From assembly GCA_965238075.1 (NCBI GenBank), contig OZ250173.1, positions 1,248,001-1,312,000 of the forward strand: a stretch of DNA of 64,000 nucleotides, given 5' to 3'. The position numbers were made by a program, and so were the translations under genes. Below, piece by piece: positions 1 to 10,217 of this stretch. The DNA comes from Candidatus Entotheonellaceae bacterium (lineage in GTDB: Bacteria; Tectomicrobia; Entotheonellia; Entotheonellales; Entotheonellaceae). The notes beneath the pieces were generated by a model. It saw nothing but the letters and a program-made list of their open reading frames with translations, was not told where the DNA came from and ran no database searches. Positions within the stretch are counted from its first letter, which is position 1. The number at the start of each line of letters is the position of its first letter.

Positions 1-54
1 CCCAGGAAGCCGGACTGCGCCCCGGCGCCCGACTGGGTGGCAGTTGAGAAACAG

Positions 55-837
55 CTACCCCGCCGTAGCGCCGCCGTCGACAGGCAGCGCCACCCCGGTC
101 ACGAACGATGCCTCGTCCGACAGCAGAAAGAGCGCCGCGTTGGCGATCTCCTCCGGCTTGCCGGGGCGGCCCATGGGCACGCGGTCCTGGCGCCTGTGGA
201 TCAGTTCCTCCACGTCGAGGTCCTCGGTTCCCGGCTGGTCCGGGCGCTTGACGAAAACGCGCAGCATGGGCGTGTCGATAGGACCGGGGCAGATGGAATT
301 CACCCGGATGTTGTCGGGCGCCAACCGCAAGGCGAGCGCTTTCATGAAGCCGTTGACGCCGAACTTGGCGGCTGAATAGATTGGACTCATGCGCGAGCCC
401 ACCAACCCGGACACCGAGGCGGTGAACAGCAAGGCGCCGCCGCCTCTCGCCCGGAGCTGGGGAATGGCGGCCTCGGTCGTCACGATCACCGAGCGCACGT
501 TGAGGTCCATGGCCAACTCGTAAGCCGCCCAATCCACCCCTTCCACTGCGGCCGGACCGGGATGGCCGACGTGATTCCAAACGAAATCGAGCCCGCCGAA
601 GGCGTCGCCGGTCTCAGCGATAATGCGGCGGGCGTCCGCATCCTGCCGCAGGTCGGCGATGATCCCCGTGGCGCGCCCGCCGGCGCTAACGATCTCCGTT
701 ACCACGCGCTCAACGGCCTGCGTGTTGATGTCCACCACGCCAACGGACGCCCCTTCCCGCGCAAAGCGCAACGCCCCGGCCCGCCCCATGCCGGAGCCTG
801 CCGCCGTCACCACGCCGATCTTGCCGTCCAGTCTCAT
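55..837 (-). CDS. SDR family NAD(P)-dependent oxidoreductase
   Basis: N-terminal TAAGSGMG dinucleotide-binding motif, YSAAK catalytic motif, typical C-terminal VDGG; GGAGG RBS. Confidence 0.93.
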   Translation of the reverse strand: MRLDGKIGVVTAAGSGMGRAGALRFAREGASVGVVDINTQAVERVVTEIVSAGGRATGIIADLRQDADARRIIAETGDAFGGLDFVWNHVGHPGPAAVEGVDWAAYELAMDLNVRSVIVTTEAAIPQLRARGGGALLFTASVSGLVGSRMSPIYSAAKFGVNGFMKALALRLAPDNIRVNSICPGPIDTPMLRVFVKRPDQPGTEDLDVEELIHRRQDRVPMGRPGKPEEIANAALFLLSDEASFVTGVALPVDGGATAG

Positions 838-901
838 CGTGCCTCCCTTTATCCGCGGGCCGGGCAGCCGCGCCCGCGCGCCGTGTTTTGGATCCCCTGC
901 T

Positions 902-1390
902 TTAATTCGAAAATGGCGGCGGCCCGAAAATCTCGATCTCGCCGACCATGCCCGCCTCGGTATGCCCCTCTTTATGGCAGTAGAGGCGCAGGCCCTTGCC
1001 CTTGGTCATCGGATAGAAGTACCAGGCGAGGGTGGCGCCGGGGAGCAATTCCATGTCGCGGACGTCGCCGTGCACCTCCGCCACCGTGCTGCCGCTGCCG
1101 TCGATGAATTCCACTTTGCGCGTGAAGACCCGCGTCGCCAAGCCGTCCGAGGTGAAGTAATGCGCCTGGCTGCTGGGATTGTGGATGACCAGCTTGTAGT
1201 ACTTGCCGCGCTGGAACCGGAGCTTGTCCGGTACGAACCGCAGGTGCCCATCCTGACTGCCGGTCTCCACTCGCACCTCGATCGTCTCGGGCTGCCCGAC
1301 TGCTAAGCTGATGGGCCACAGCATGGCGAGGGTTCCTGAAACCAGCAGACTTATCGCCCAAAGCAGCTTTCCTTGCAATTGCCTGTGCAC
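902..1390 (-). CDS. secreted cupredoxin (type-1 blue copper) domain protein
   Basis: Hydrophobic N-terminal signal; His (AHYF) plus C-terminal C-x4-H-x4-M (YCHKEGHTEAGM). Start placed at GTG 1390 after GAAGGGAG. Confidence 0.8.
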   Translation of the reverse strand: MHRQLQGKLLWAISLLVSGTLAMLWPISLAVGQPETIEVRVETGSQDGHLRFVPDKLRFQRGKYYKLVIHNPSSQAHYFTSDGLATRVFTRKVEFIDGSGSTVAEVHGDVRDMELLPGATLAWYFYPMTKGKGLRLYCHKEGHTEAGMVGEIEIFGPPPFSN

Positions 1391-1538
1391 GTTCAGACTC
1401 CCTTCGTTGGTGGTTTCATAGGCGCCTTGCGGCGCTTCCAAAGGTGCGGGCCTGAGTATATGATGAACCGCCGCGCCGCAAAACAGGCGGCTCACACCAG
1501 CTTATCAGCCACACGTCATTTCCCTGAGAGGAGACATC

Positions 1539-2192
1539 ATGCTCTACGAATCACGTGTCTACTACACCGTGCCGGGCCGCTTGGCGGCTCTGAACGCGCG
1601 CTTCGCCGACCACACCATGGGGTTTTTCCGCAAACACGGCATCGGCATGCTGGGATTCTGGACCGACGAAATCGGCATCAGCAACCGGCTGACGTACATC
1701 CTGACGTTCGACAGCATGGCGGACCGCGAGGCCAAGTGGGGCACCTTTCAGGCCGATCCGGGCTGGCAGCAGGCGCGCTCGCAGACGGAAGCCGACGGCC
1801 CCATCGTGGCGCAGGTGGTGAATACCTTCATGCGGCTGACGCCGTATTCGCCCGAGCCGCGCATCGACACCAACGTGCAGGAATTGCGCGTCTACGACGC
1901 TATGCCGGGCAAATTGCCGAACCTGAACGACCGCTTCGCCAACCACACCATGAAACTCTTCGAAAAGCACGGCATCGCCAACATCGCCTATTGGGTCGAG
2001 GACGTGGGCACGAGCAACCGTCTGGTCTACCTGCTGGGGCACCCGGACCTGGGATCGCGCGAGAAGAGTTTCACGGCGTTTCAGGCCGATCCGGACTGGC
2101 AAAAGGCGCGGGCGGACTCGGAGGCCGAGGGCGCTCTGGTACGCGCCAGCCAGCATTGCATCCTGCGCCCGACGGCGTACTCGCCGCGCTGA
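1539..2192 (+). CDS. tandem NIPSNAP-domain protein
   Basis: Two homologous halves (YESRVY..PG..RFADHT / QELRVY..PG..RFANHT), each ending in a PYSP/AYSP-type motif. Confidence 0.88.
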   Translation: MLYESRVYYTVPGRLAALNARFADHTMGFFRKHGIGMLGFWTDEIGISNRLTYILTFDSMADREAKWGTFQADPGWQQARSQTEADGPIVAQVVNTFMRLTPYSPEPRIDTNVQELRVYDAMPGKLPNLNDRFANHTMKLFEKHGIANIAYWVEDVGTSNRLVYLLGHPDLGSREKSFTAFQADPDWQKARADSEAEGALVRASQHCILRPTAYSPR

Positions 2193-2195
2193 CCA

Positions 2196-2229
2196 CCCGC
2201 ACACCCCGGCCCGCTCCCAGGGAGAGGGA
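2196..2229. repeat. short intergenic palindromic repeat (CCCTCACCCC..CTCCC..GGGAGAGGG-like) between convergent genes
   Basis: cccgcacaccccggcccgctcccagggagaggga resembles a widespread dispersed hairpin family. Confidence 0.45.
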
Positions 2230-2232
2230 GGG

Positions 2233-3174
2233 TTATGCCCCATCGGTGGTGACACCGGCAAAGAGATCGTCCTCCGGCAGCTTCGTCGGCACCGCGCTGC
2301 GGGCCAGGATATAGTCGTCGTAAGGGTAGGCGGCCCGGTCCACCTGTGGCGGCAGGCCGAACCAGTGCCGCGAGTTGGGATCAACCTGCGTGGCGTGGGC
2401 GCGCAGGGCGTTGCGGGTCTGTTCCCAATGATCGCCGACGAACACCTTGGTGGTCAGGAAATGATCCATGGAGCGGCGCCGCTTCCAACGCTTGGGGTTG
2501 AGCGGCGACGGCAGGCCAAGCTGCGTGAACGCCTTATGGCGAGCCACCAGGCGGGCGCGCGACCACAGGATGTAGTACAGCTTCTGCGGCGCCCACGGTT
2601 CACCCAGCTCGGGATGAAACGCCGGATCGCGGGCCGCCCTGTAGGCGGGCAGCGAGGCGTCGTGCACCCGCAGATGATCGGGGTGCCGGTAGCCGCGCTG
2701 GTTGGCGGGGTAGGTCACCATCACGTGGGGCCGCTCCCGGCGGATGAGACGCACCAACGCTCGCACCGTTTCGTCGAGCGGCGCCGCCGCAAAGGTGCCC
2801 GGCTCATTGCTCGCCGGTATGTTGGAGTCCCCGTAGCCGAGCATCCACACGCGCTGATAGCCGAGATGGGCCGTTGCCTCGATCAATTCCCGGCGGCGCA
2901 GCTCCGGCAGGCGTTCCTTGACCTCCGGCTGATCGAGCGCCGGATTGAGAACGCTACCGGCTTCCCCCCCGGTGCAGCAAACGAGCACCACGCCGACGCC
3001 GGCCGCTGCATAACGCGCCGCGCTGCCGCCGCCCTTGGAAGCTTCGTCGTCGGGGTGAGCGTGGATGGTCAGCATGCGACGCTCGCACTTGGCGGGGTCG
3101 CCGTCCTGCCGCAAGACTTCAGGCTCCGGGATCACGGCATCCACCTCGTGCGGGTGGCCGCTGCGCTTCGGCAT
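2233..3174 (-). CDS. PIG-L/LmbE family Zn deacetylase, Mca (mycothiol S-conjugate amidase)-like
   Basis: HAHPDDE, TGGEAG, YxHPDH and ALRAHATQVD motifs; start approximate. Confidence 0.8.
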   Translation of the reverse strand: MPKRSGHPHEVDAVIPEPEVLRQDGDPAKCERRMLTIHAHPDDEASKGGGSAARYAAAGVGVVLVCCTGGEAGSVLNPALDQPEVKERLPELRRRELIEATAHLGYQRVWMLGYGDSNIPASNEPGTFAAAPLDETVRALVRLIRRERPHVMVTYPANQRGYRHPDHLRVHDASLPAYRAARDPAFHPELGEPWAPQKLYYILWSRARLVARHKAFTQLGLPSPLNPKRWKRRRSMDHFLTTKVFVGDHWEQTRNALRAHATQVDPNSRHWFGLPPQVDRAAYPYDDYILARSAVPTKLPEDDLFAGVTTDGA

Positions 3175-3202
3175 TCCATGTGTCAGGCTTCCTCTCACAG
3201 AA

Positions 3203-5470
3203 TCAGGTCAGGGTCAGGGGAACGGGCGTGGCCGTCACGTACACCCACGACGTACGCCACGGCACGATCTGATCAAGCAGTTGCTGGCGGTAGCACGCCT
3301 CAACACGGTTGACGTCGTCCGCGTTCAGGCACTTCAGCAGGTGTTGGGCATAGGACGGGCGCCGAGTTGCCGCCTGTCGGTCGAACCAACGCGCCAACGC
3401 CTCGGCGGTGATGCGGCGCTCCTCGTCCTGTGCCTCGGCGCCCAGCGGCGTTCGCAATTCGAACCCGGCCAGGCGCAAAATCGCTTCCAGATCCGGTGCG
3501 TCCCAGTTGACCAGAGGGTCGTCGTCCGCTTGGTACATGGCAACCTCGGCTGCCTGTAAGCGGGCAACCAAATCCTCCCCCAGAGTCGCCGGATCGACCA
3601 ACGCCGAGAGGCGCTGCGCACGCCGCGGCACGACCTCGGCCAGGCACAGCCGCCCCGTGTCCCGCAGGCAGGCGCGCAGCACGGCGCACACACTGGATTT
3701 ATCCGCGTGTCCGCTCAAGACGTTGCGGCCCACCACCGCGTCGAACCGCACCGCCTCATCCCCGCATGCCTTGAGCAGTGCCGGTAAATCCTGAGCGCCG
3801 CCGACCAGCAGCCGCGGACGTTGCAGCTCCGGCAGCCGCGCCGCCTGTTGCCGCACCGCCTCGGCGCTGCGCCCGTCGTGCGCCAGCGTCCAGACGCCGC
3901 CCTCCGGGGCACGCCGCAGGGCTTCCCAGGTCAGCAGGCCGGTGTTGGCATTGGCGTCCAGCACCAAGCTGTGGCGTTGCAGGGCTGCCGCGTCCAGCAC
4001 GCGGTCGCGCAGGGCGCCGAGATGCTGCCCGGCGCGGCTGACCGTGCGCTGCAGCCAGCGGTCGTGGGCGCGCCCGGCATCGCTGTAGGTGAACACCTCG
4101 CCCACCGCCTCGCCGTCGACGTCCAACATCGCCTCAAGCTGCGCCTCGCGGTGCCCCATCACCTGCTGGCGGATGCCTTGCTCATAGCCCAGAGCGCCGG
4201 GCTCGTAAAACACCTTGCCCTGCATGTGGGTGGGCAGGTACTGCTGCGCCACCCAATGATCGCGGTAAGCGTGCGGGTAGAGATACCCCTCGCCGTGCCC
4301 GAATTGCTTGGCGTCCCGGCTGGCGTCCTTGAGATGGGCGGGCACGTCGCCCTCGCGCTCGTTCTCGATCACGCCCAGCGCGTCGAAGAACGCGAAGATC
4401 GAGTTGGATTTCGGCGCCGTGGCCAGGTAGAGCGCTGCCTGCGCCAGGGGAAAGCGGCCCTCCGGCAAGCCGACGCGGTCGAACGCGGTGGCGCAACTCA
4501 AGGTCACCGTCACCGCGTGCGGGTCGGCAAGCCCGACGTCTTCGCTGGCGAAAATGAGCATGCGGCGGAACAGAAAGCGCGGGTCCTCGCCGGCGTACAC
4601 CATCTTGGCCAGCCAATACATCGCCGCGTCGGGGTCCGAGCCGCGCAGCGACTTGATGAACGCCGAAATGGTGTCGTAGTGGTAGTCGCCTTCCTTGTCG
4701 TACAGCACGGCACGTTGCTGGATGCTCTCCTCCGCCACCTGCATGTCGATCACGAAACGCCCGTCGGCCTGCGGCGGGGTGGTTTCAACCGCCAGTTCAA
4801 GGGCGTTGAGAACGCCGCGTGCATCGCCATTGGCCACCCGCACCAAGTGCGCCATGGCGTCCTCGTGCACGTCGACGCAGCGACCGCCGTAGCCGCGCTC
4901 CGGGTCCCGCAGCGCCTGCTCGGCGATAGCGTGCAGATCGGCGTCGCCCAGCGAGCGCAACTGAAAGATTCGGCTGCGGCTGGTCAGGGCGCGGTTGACC
5001 GCAAAGTACGGGTTCTCGGTGGTGGCGCCGATCAGGATGATGGTGCCGTTTTCGACGTGCGGCAGTAGCGCGTCCTGCTGCGCCTTGTTGAACCGGTGCA
5101 CCTCGTCGACGAACAGGATGGTGCGCTGTTGCAAGCCTTCCGCGCGCTGCCGCGCCTCGGTGATGGCGTTGCGAATGTCGGCGACGCCAGCCAGCACCGC
5201 GTTGATGGTGAGGAAGTGGCTGCGGGTGGTGTTGGCAATCACCATCGCCAGGGTGGTTTTGCCGGTTCCGGGGGGGCCGTAGAAAATCAGGGAGGAGAGC
5301 TGGTCCGCCTCAATGGCGCGGCGCAGCAGGCGGCCGGGGCCGACGATGTGGTCTTGGCCGATGAACTCCTGCAGGGTACGCGGGCGCAAGCGGGCGGCCA
5401 GGGGCTGCCCGCCTTCAGCCGCCGTGCTGGGTGGACCGGATGGCACGCCGAGGCTCCTCTCCGAAGGCAT
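3203..5470 (-). CDS. rarA: replication-associated recombination protein A (RarA/MgsA) AAA+ ATPase with C-terminal SAM-methyltransferase-like domain
   Basis: PLAARLRP, GPPGTGKT, FVDEVHRFNKAQQD, ISAFIKSLRGSDPDA, SEDVG; C-terminal VLDANANTG..FDAVV MTase-like segment; start approximate. Confidence 0.9.
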   Translation of the reverse strand: MPSERSLGVPSGPPSTAAEGGQPLAARLRPRTLQEFIGQDHIVGPGRLLRRAIEADQLSSLIFYGPPGTGKTTLAMVIANTTRSHFLTINAVLAGVADIRNAITEARQRAEGLQQRTILFVDEVHRFNKAQQDALLPHVENGTIILIGATTENPYFAVNRALTSRSRIFQLRSLGDADLHAIAEQALRDPERGYGGRCVDVHEDAMAHLVRVANGDARGVLNALELAVETTPPQADGRFVIDMQVAEESIQQRAVLYDKEGDYHYDTISAFIKSLRGSDPDAAMYWLAKMVYAGEDPRFLFRRMLIFASEDVGLADPHAVTVTLSCATAFDRVGLPEGRFPLAQAALYLATAPKSNSIFAFFDALGVIENEREGDVPAHLKDASRDAKQFGHGEGYLYPHAYRDHWVAQQYLPTHMQGKVFYEPGALGYEQGIRQQVMGHREAQLEAMLDVDGEAVGEVFTYSDAGRAHDRWLQRTVSRAGQHLGALRDRVLDAAALQRHSLVLDANANTGLLTWEALRRAPEGGVWTLAHDGRSAEAVRQQAARLPELQRPRLLVGGAQDLPALLKACGDEAVRFDAVVGRNVLSGHADKSSVCAVLRACLRDTGRLCLAEVVPRRAQRLSALVDPATLGEDLVARLQAAEVAMYQADDDPLVNWDAPDLEAILRLAGFELRTPLGAEAQDEERRITAEALARWFDRQAATRRPSYAQHLLKCLNADDVNRVEACYRQQLLDQIVPWRTSWVYVTATPVPLTLT

Positions 5471-5595
5471 GAACAGGGCGTTCCGCAAGCCGCGCCATCC
5501 AATGCGTAGGGGGCCGGAATAGGCTATAGTGAGGCCCATTCAGCGTCCAACCCATCCCCAGCTTCTGGCTAGCAAGCTTTAATAAAGGACCGCCC

Positions 5596-7611
5596 ATGGC
5601 TGCTCCCGTCCTCGTTACCAGTGCGCTGCCGTACGCCAATGGCAGCATTCACCTCGGCCATATGCTCGAATATATCCAGACGGACATTTTGGTGCGTTTT
5701 CTCAAGATGACGGGGCAGGACGTTGTGTACATGTGCGCGGATGATACGCACGGCACGCCGATCGAGGTCAACGCCTGGCGCGCCGGGGTGACGCCAGAGG
5801 AATACATCGCGCCTTTCTACGTCGAGCACCAGCGGGATTTTGCCGATTTTTCCGTCGCCTTCGACTGCTTCTACACCACCAACAGCCCGGAAAATCAATA
5901 CCATTCGGAGACTATCTTCGAGCGCCTGCGCGAGCGGGGCCACATTGTAACGCGGCCCGTGACGCAATACTACTGCGAGCGGGACGGCCGCTTTCTGCCC
6001 GACCGCTTCATTCGCGGCACCTGCCCCAGTTGCAAGGCGGCGGAGCAGTACGGCGACGTGTGCGAGGTGTGCGGCACCACCTACAGCCCCACCGACCTCA
6101 GCGACGCCCACTGCGTGCTGTGCGGCGCCGAGCCGACGATGCGGGAATCGGTGCACTACTTTTTCACCATGAGCGCCTACGAGGACTTTCTGCGCGACTG
6201 GGTTGGCACGCCGGGTCGGGTGCAGCCGGAGGTGCGGCGCTTCTTGGAGACGTGGATCAACGAGGGGCTGCGGGATTGGGACGTGAGCCGCGACGGTCCG
6301 TATTTCGGATTCAAGATCCCCGGCGAGGACGACAAGTACTTCTACGTCTGGCTCGACGCGCCCATCGGCTACATCGCCACCACGCAGAAGTTCTGCGGCG
6401 ACACGGGGCGCGATTTCGACGCCTACTGGCACAACCCGGAGGCGACGATCTACCACGTGGTCGGCAAGGACATCACGTATTTCCACGCCCTGTTCTGGCC
6501 CGCCATGCTGCACGGCGCCGGCTACACACTGCCGAAGAAGGTGCTGGTGCACGGCTTCCTCACCGTCAACGGCGAGAAGATGTCCAAGACGCGCGGCACG
6601 TTCATCACGGCGCGCACCTACCTCGACCACCTCGACCCGCAATACCTGCGCTACTACTACGCCGCCAAGATCAACGGGCGCATCGACGACCTCGACCTCA
6701 ACCTGGAGGAGTTCGTGCATCGGGTCGATGCCGAACTGGTGAACAAGATCGCCAATCTGGTCAGCCGCGTGGTACCGTTCGTGAACCGGCACTTCGAGGG
6801 CCGGCTCGGGCGGCTCGATGCCGCCGTGCAGCCGCTCATCGACGATATCCGGGCACGCTTGCCGCGGGTACGGGCGTCCTATGAACGCCTGGAGTTCAAC
6901 CGCGCCGTGCAAGAGATCGTGGCGATTGCCGAGGTCGGTAACAAGTATTTTCAAGACGCGGCGCCGTGGGAACTGGTTAAGCAAGACCCGCAGGCGGCGC
7001 AGGCGGTGTGCACGTTCGCGGTGAATTGCTGCCGTACGGCGGCGGCGCTGATCAAGCCGGCGCTGCCGAAATACGCCGCGGACGTGGAGGCGATCCTACG
7101 CGTCGAGCCGCTGCTGTTTGACGATACGGCGCGCTTCGATCTGGAGGCGCACGAGATCGGCGCTTTCGAGCGGCTGATCGAACGGGTGGACGCCAAGCAG
7201 GTCAGCGCCATGGTCAAGGCCAGCAAGGAAAACCTCGATGCTATTCCCGCCAGCCCGACGGCGCAACCGGTCGAGGCGCTGGAGCCTCAGATCGATATCG
7301 ATGCCTTCAGCCGTGTCGATCTGCGGGTGGCAACCGTGCTGCAGGCCGAGACGGTGGAAGGAGCGGACCGGCTGCTGCGCTTAAAGGTCGACATTGGCAG
7401 CGAGCAGCGGACCATTTTTGCCGGCATTCGGCAGTCGTACGCCCCCGAAAAGCTCCTCGGCAGGCAGGTCATCGTGGTCGCCAATCTGCAACCCCGCAAG
7501 ATGCGGTTTGGCGTCAGCGAGGGCATGCTGCTGGCCGCGGGACCCGACGGCACGGACGTGGTGGTAGCGGAGTTTGCCCAGCCGCGTCAGCCGGGACAGC
7601 GGGTACGATAA
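5596..7611 (+). CDS. metG: methionine--tRNA ligase
   Basis: PYANGSIHLGH (HIGH), KMSKT (KMSKS), Zn knuckles, C-terminal tRNA-binding OB fold. Confidence 0.98.
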   Translation: MAAPVLVTSALPYANGSIHLGHMLEYIQTDILVRFLKMTGQDVVYMCADDTHGTPIEVNAWRAGVTPEEYIAPFYVEHQRDFADFSVAFDCFYTTNSPENQYHSETIFERLRERGHIVTRPVTQYYCERDGRFLPDRFIRGTCPSCKAAEQYGDVCEVCGTTYSPTDLSDAHCVLCGAEPTMRESVHYFFTMSAYEDFLRDWVGTPGRVQPEVRRFLETWINEGLRDWDVSRDGPYFGFKIPGEDDKYFYVWLDAPIGYIATTQKFCGDTGRDFDAYWHNPEATIYHVVGKDITYFHALFWPAMLHGAGYTLPKKVLVHGFLTVNGEKMSKTRGTFITARTYLDHLDPQYLRYYYAAKINGRIDDLDLNLEEFVHRVDAELVNKIANLVSRVVPFVNRHFEGRLGRLDAAVQPLIDDIRARLPRVRASYERLEFNRAVQEIVAIAEVGNKYFQDAAPWELVKQDPQAAQAVCTFAVNCCRTAAALIKPALPKYAADVEAILRVEPLLFDDTARFDLEAHEIGAFERLIERVDAKQVSAMVKASKENLDAIPASPTAQPVEALEPQIDIDAFSRVDLRVATVLQAETVEGADRLLRLKVDIGSEQRTIFAGIRQSYAPEKLLGRQVIVVANLQPRKMRFGVSEGMLLAAGPDGTDVVVAEFAQPRQPGQRVR

Positions 7612-7615
7612 TCGG

Positions 7616-8179
7616 ATGACGGCACGCCCCATGATGGCCCGGCTCAAGACCAGTGCCTCCCTGATTCTGGGCGCCATCGTCCTCATCTGGGCCGTGGAAT
7701 TGGTGAACTTCCTGTCGGTCCGCCAACTCTACAGCCTGGGAATTCTGCCGCGCCGCCTTTCGGGGCTGATCGGCATCCCGCTCAGCCCCTTCATACATGG
7801 CAGCGTAGGCCATGCCATGGTCAACACCGTGCCCTTCCTGGTGCTCGGCGGCCTCGTCGCCCTGCGCGGCATCAAGGCGTTTGCGGCCGTCTCCGTCTTT
7901 GTCATCCTGTGCGGTGGGGCGGCGTTGTGGCTCTTTGGGCGGGCTTCCTACCACATCGGGGCGAGCGGCCTGATCTTCGGATACTTCGGCTATCTGTTAG
8001 CGCGCGGCTGGTACGAGCGCAGCACCGGGGCCATCCTGGCGACGCTGCTGACCCTGTTCTTATACGGCGGCCTCGTCTGGGGCGTTCTGCCCAGCCGCTC
8101 CTTCATTTCCTGGGAAGGCCACCTGTTCGGAATGCTCTCCGGCGTCCTGGCTGCCCGGTTGCAAGGGCATCAGGAGTGA
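7616..8179 (+). CDS. rhomboid family intramembrane serine protease
   Basis: HIGASG catalytic Ser, SWEGHLFG catalytic His, multiple TM helices. Confidence 0.92.
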   Translation: MTARPMMARLKTSASLILGAIVLIWAVELVNFLSVRQLYSLGILPRRLSGLIGIPLSPFIHGSVGHAMVNTVPFLVLGGLVALRGIKAFAAVSVFVILCGGAALWLFGRASYHIGASGLIFGYFGYLLARGWYERSTGAILATLLTLFLYGGLVWGVLPSRSFISWEGHLFGMLSGVLAARLQGHQE

Positions 8180-8466
8180 TCAGACCCCTTTTGTCCGCTT
8201 GCCTGCCTTAATCCATAACTGGCAAGACATCGCGTGGGATGAGGAGGAGTGTCGAACGGGATGCACATTAGAATCGCTTCCATACCGCGCCTGACCAGCA
8301 GTTGGGAATCAGGGGCGCCGACCCATTCGCGTCTCTTTCGTGGCGCTGTGGTTCCACAACGCCGGGTAGGTCGCGGTCGGGCTGGGCGATGTTTTGGTGA
8401 ACGGGCCGCGCGGCGGCGGGCCGGTGATGTCGCGGTGAACCAAGCGGAGTTTGCCGACCACACCCA

Positions 8467-8671
8467 TATGAGGATGTGTTCGACGTTGTTGAGAATCCCG
8501 ATCTTATCCTCCGTGGTTATCGCGGCTCATTGGTTGCGGTGCGGAACTACGGGCACCAGCGATATTTGATGGTTGTCTATCGGCAGGTGTCTGGTGAAGA
8601 TGGTTTTATCATTCACGGCGTATTTCACACGCAACATTGACAGGAGGAAGGCTCTATGGAGCAGGTCCTGA
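8467..8671 (+). pseudogene. 5'-truncated, frameshifted remnant of a RelE/BrnT-like toxin gene partnered with DUF2283
   Basis: Reads YEDVFDVVENPDLILRG..YLMVVYRQVSGEDGFII, then after a 1-nt shift at ~8613 TAYFTRNIDRRKALWSRS*; overlaps the start of the DUF2283 gene as in TA pairs; no N-terminus found. Confidence 0.65.
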
Positions 8672-8925
8672 CCCCTGAGCAGGCCCTTTCGCTCGCACGG
8701 GCAGTACCCTTCGGTTTTCCGGCTTCTCGGTACTGGGTGGATTATAATCGGGAGGCCGATGTGCTCTATGTCAGCTTTGTCCGTCCGCAGCAGGCCACGG
8801 ATACGGACATGACGGACGAAGGTTTCCTGTTGCGCTACCGGGATAACCAGATTGTGGGTGTCACCGTACTGGATGCCTCTACGCGCATGCCAACGCGAGG
8901 GCTTTTTGATCCGGTAGAGCTTTAA
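8656..8925 (+). CDS. DUF2283 domain protein (putative antitoxin)
   Basis: YNREADVLYVSF..IVGVTVLDAS signature; AGGAGG RBS. Confidence 0.85.
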   Translation: MEQVLTPEQALSLARAVPFGFPASRYWVDYNREADVLYVSFVRPQQATDTDMTDEGFLLRYRDNQIVGVTVLDASTRMPTRGLFDPVEL

Positions 8926-8963
8926 GTCGGATTAGCGAAACGTAATTCGGCATTCCACCGCGC
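8922..8963. repeat. degenerate half copy of GTAG-type REP element
   Basis: taagtcggattagcgaaacgtaattcggcattccaccgcgc closely matches the copy at 57474. Confidence 0.7.
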
Positions 8964-8964
8964 T

Positions 8965-9390
8965 ATGGATGGCCAGGCTCTGGAAGAGGAGAACAGCAGT
9001 ATGGAAAAAATGGCATTGCTGAGGAAATTCGCAAAGCGAGCCTCTTTAAAGGACTTCCCGACGATTGCCAGGAAACTCGGCGCCATGAACCGAGGCCCTA
9101 TGGTGAAAATATGGGACAAAGTTCAGTTGTTGTGGAGTTTCATAAAGGACCCGAACGTGGCCTGGGGCAAGAAGGCCGCAGCCGTTGGCTCTCTCGTCTA
9201 CCTGATTTCCCCCTTGGATGCAGTACCGGATTTCATCCCAGGAGCCGGCCTGCTCGATGACGTGGCCGTTATTCTCTTTGTCGCCCAGATGCTGGCCGAA
9301 TCACTTAAGACTTACGCCGCAGATGCCGCATCGGAGACCGCGGAAATCAAAGCGGGGGTAGAAATCGAGCATCGTCAACAAAGTCAATGA
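8965..9390 (+). CDS. YkvA/DUF1232 family membrane protein (possibly truncated)
   Basis: YLISPLDAVPDFIPGAGLLDD signature. Confidence 0.82.
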   Translation: MDGQALEEENSSMEKMALLRKFAKRASLKDFPTIARKLGAMNRGPMVKIWDKVQLLWSFIKDPNVAWGKKAAAVGSLVYLISPLDAVPDFIPGAGLLDDVAVILFVAQMLAESLKTYAADAASETAEIKAGVEIEHRQQSQ

Positions 9391-9420
9391 TGTAGCGTGC
9401 CGAAAGGCTCGATTCCGGTG

Positions 9421-10014
9421 TCAACGTGGGGGTGGCCATGACCCGACGCCGCGGTTGGTCGCATTGAGGCATGCTTCCGGATTGGTGAAAACGAGGTCGG
9501 ATTCACTCTCCGGGTTTGGCGTTTCGAAAATAGTAGCGTGCATACAGCGGACTTTGGCTTCCCGGATGGCCCGGCCGGAGGACCGCCGGGCGTTGCGGGT
9601 GAGGCATTCGTCGAGGCTGGTGGGCATGACGACGGCCAAGCAGAGGCGGTCGGGGGCATATCGCTCAACAAGGGTTGTCACGCGGGCTCTAGCCCTGGCT
9701 GAGAGGTGGGTGCGGTCGAGAATGATGACGGCAACTGTCTGTAGGTATCTCCGCAGGGTACGTCTGTAATGGTGTTCGGCGGGTCGGCTCAGGTTGTCAA
9801 ACAGTTCGTTGTAAGTCCTTTGCTGTCGCCTGGCTTCCTTTTCAATCAAGCAGTCGGTTGAAAGGATGCGGACATCCGTAGCGGGCCGCAGGCGGGCGGC
9901 CAGCCTTCTGGCGAAGGTGGTCTTGCCGCTGCCGGGCAGGCCGACGAGGAGAAAGAGGAGGCGGCGGTTGGCAGCAAGGGCTTCCTGCAGAAGGACTTGG
10001 GCGTCGTCTGGCAT
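9421..10014 (-). CDS. P-loop kinase (AAA_33 / polynucleotide-kinase-like)
   Basis: LVGLPGSGKTT Walker A, ILSTD, IILDRTH..R, CLTRNARR lid motif; start approximate. Confidence 0.78.
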   Translation of the reverse strand: MPDDAQVLLQEALAANRRLLFLLVGLPGSGKTTFARRLAARLRPATDVRILSTDCLIEKEARRQQRTYNELFDNLSRPAEHHYRRTLRRYLQTVAVIILDRTHLSARARARVTTLVERYAPDRLCLAVVMPTSLDECLTRNARRSSGRAIREAKVRCMHATIFETPNPESESDLVFTNPEACLNATNRGVGSWPPPR

Positions 10015-10217
10015 AGGCGGTGAGGGGCATCTCCTTAATTTGGACGATGCCGCGTGGTAAAACCGACCCGTCTGGTTGACAAGCGGCCTGAGCGGAGGCG
10101 TCGGGAACACGGCACGCCCGATGTGGATATCGTTGACGATCACTGGCACTACAGGTGAAGTGCGGGATTGGGGGCAACCGCGTACCGGGAGCACAACCTG
10201 GCGCTACCGGCGATTAA

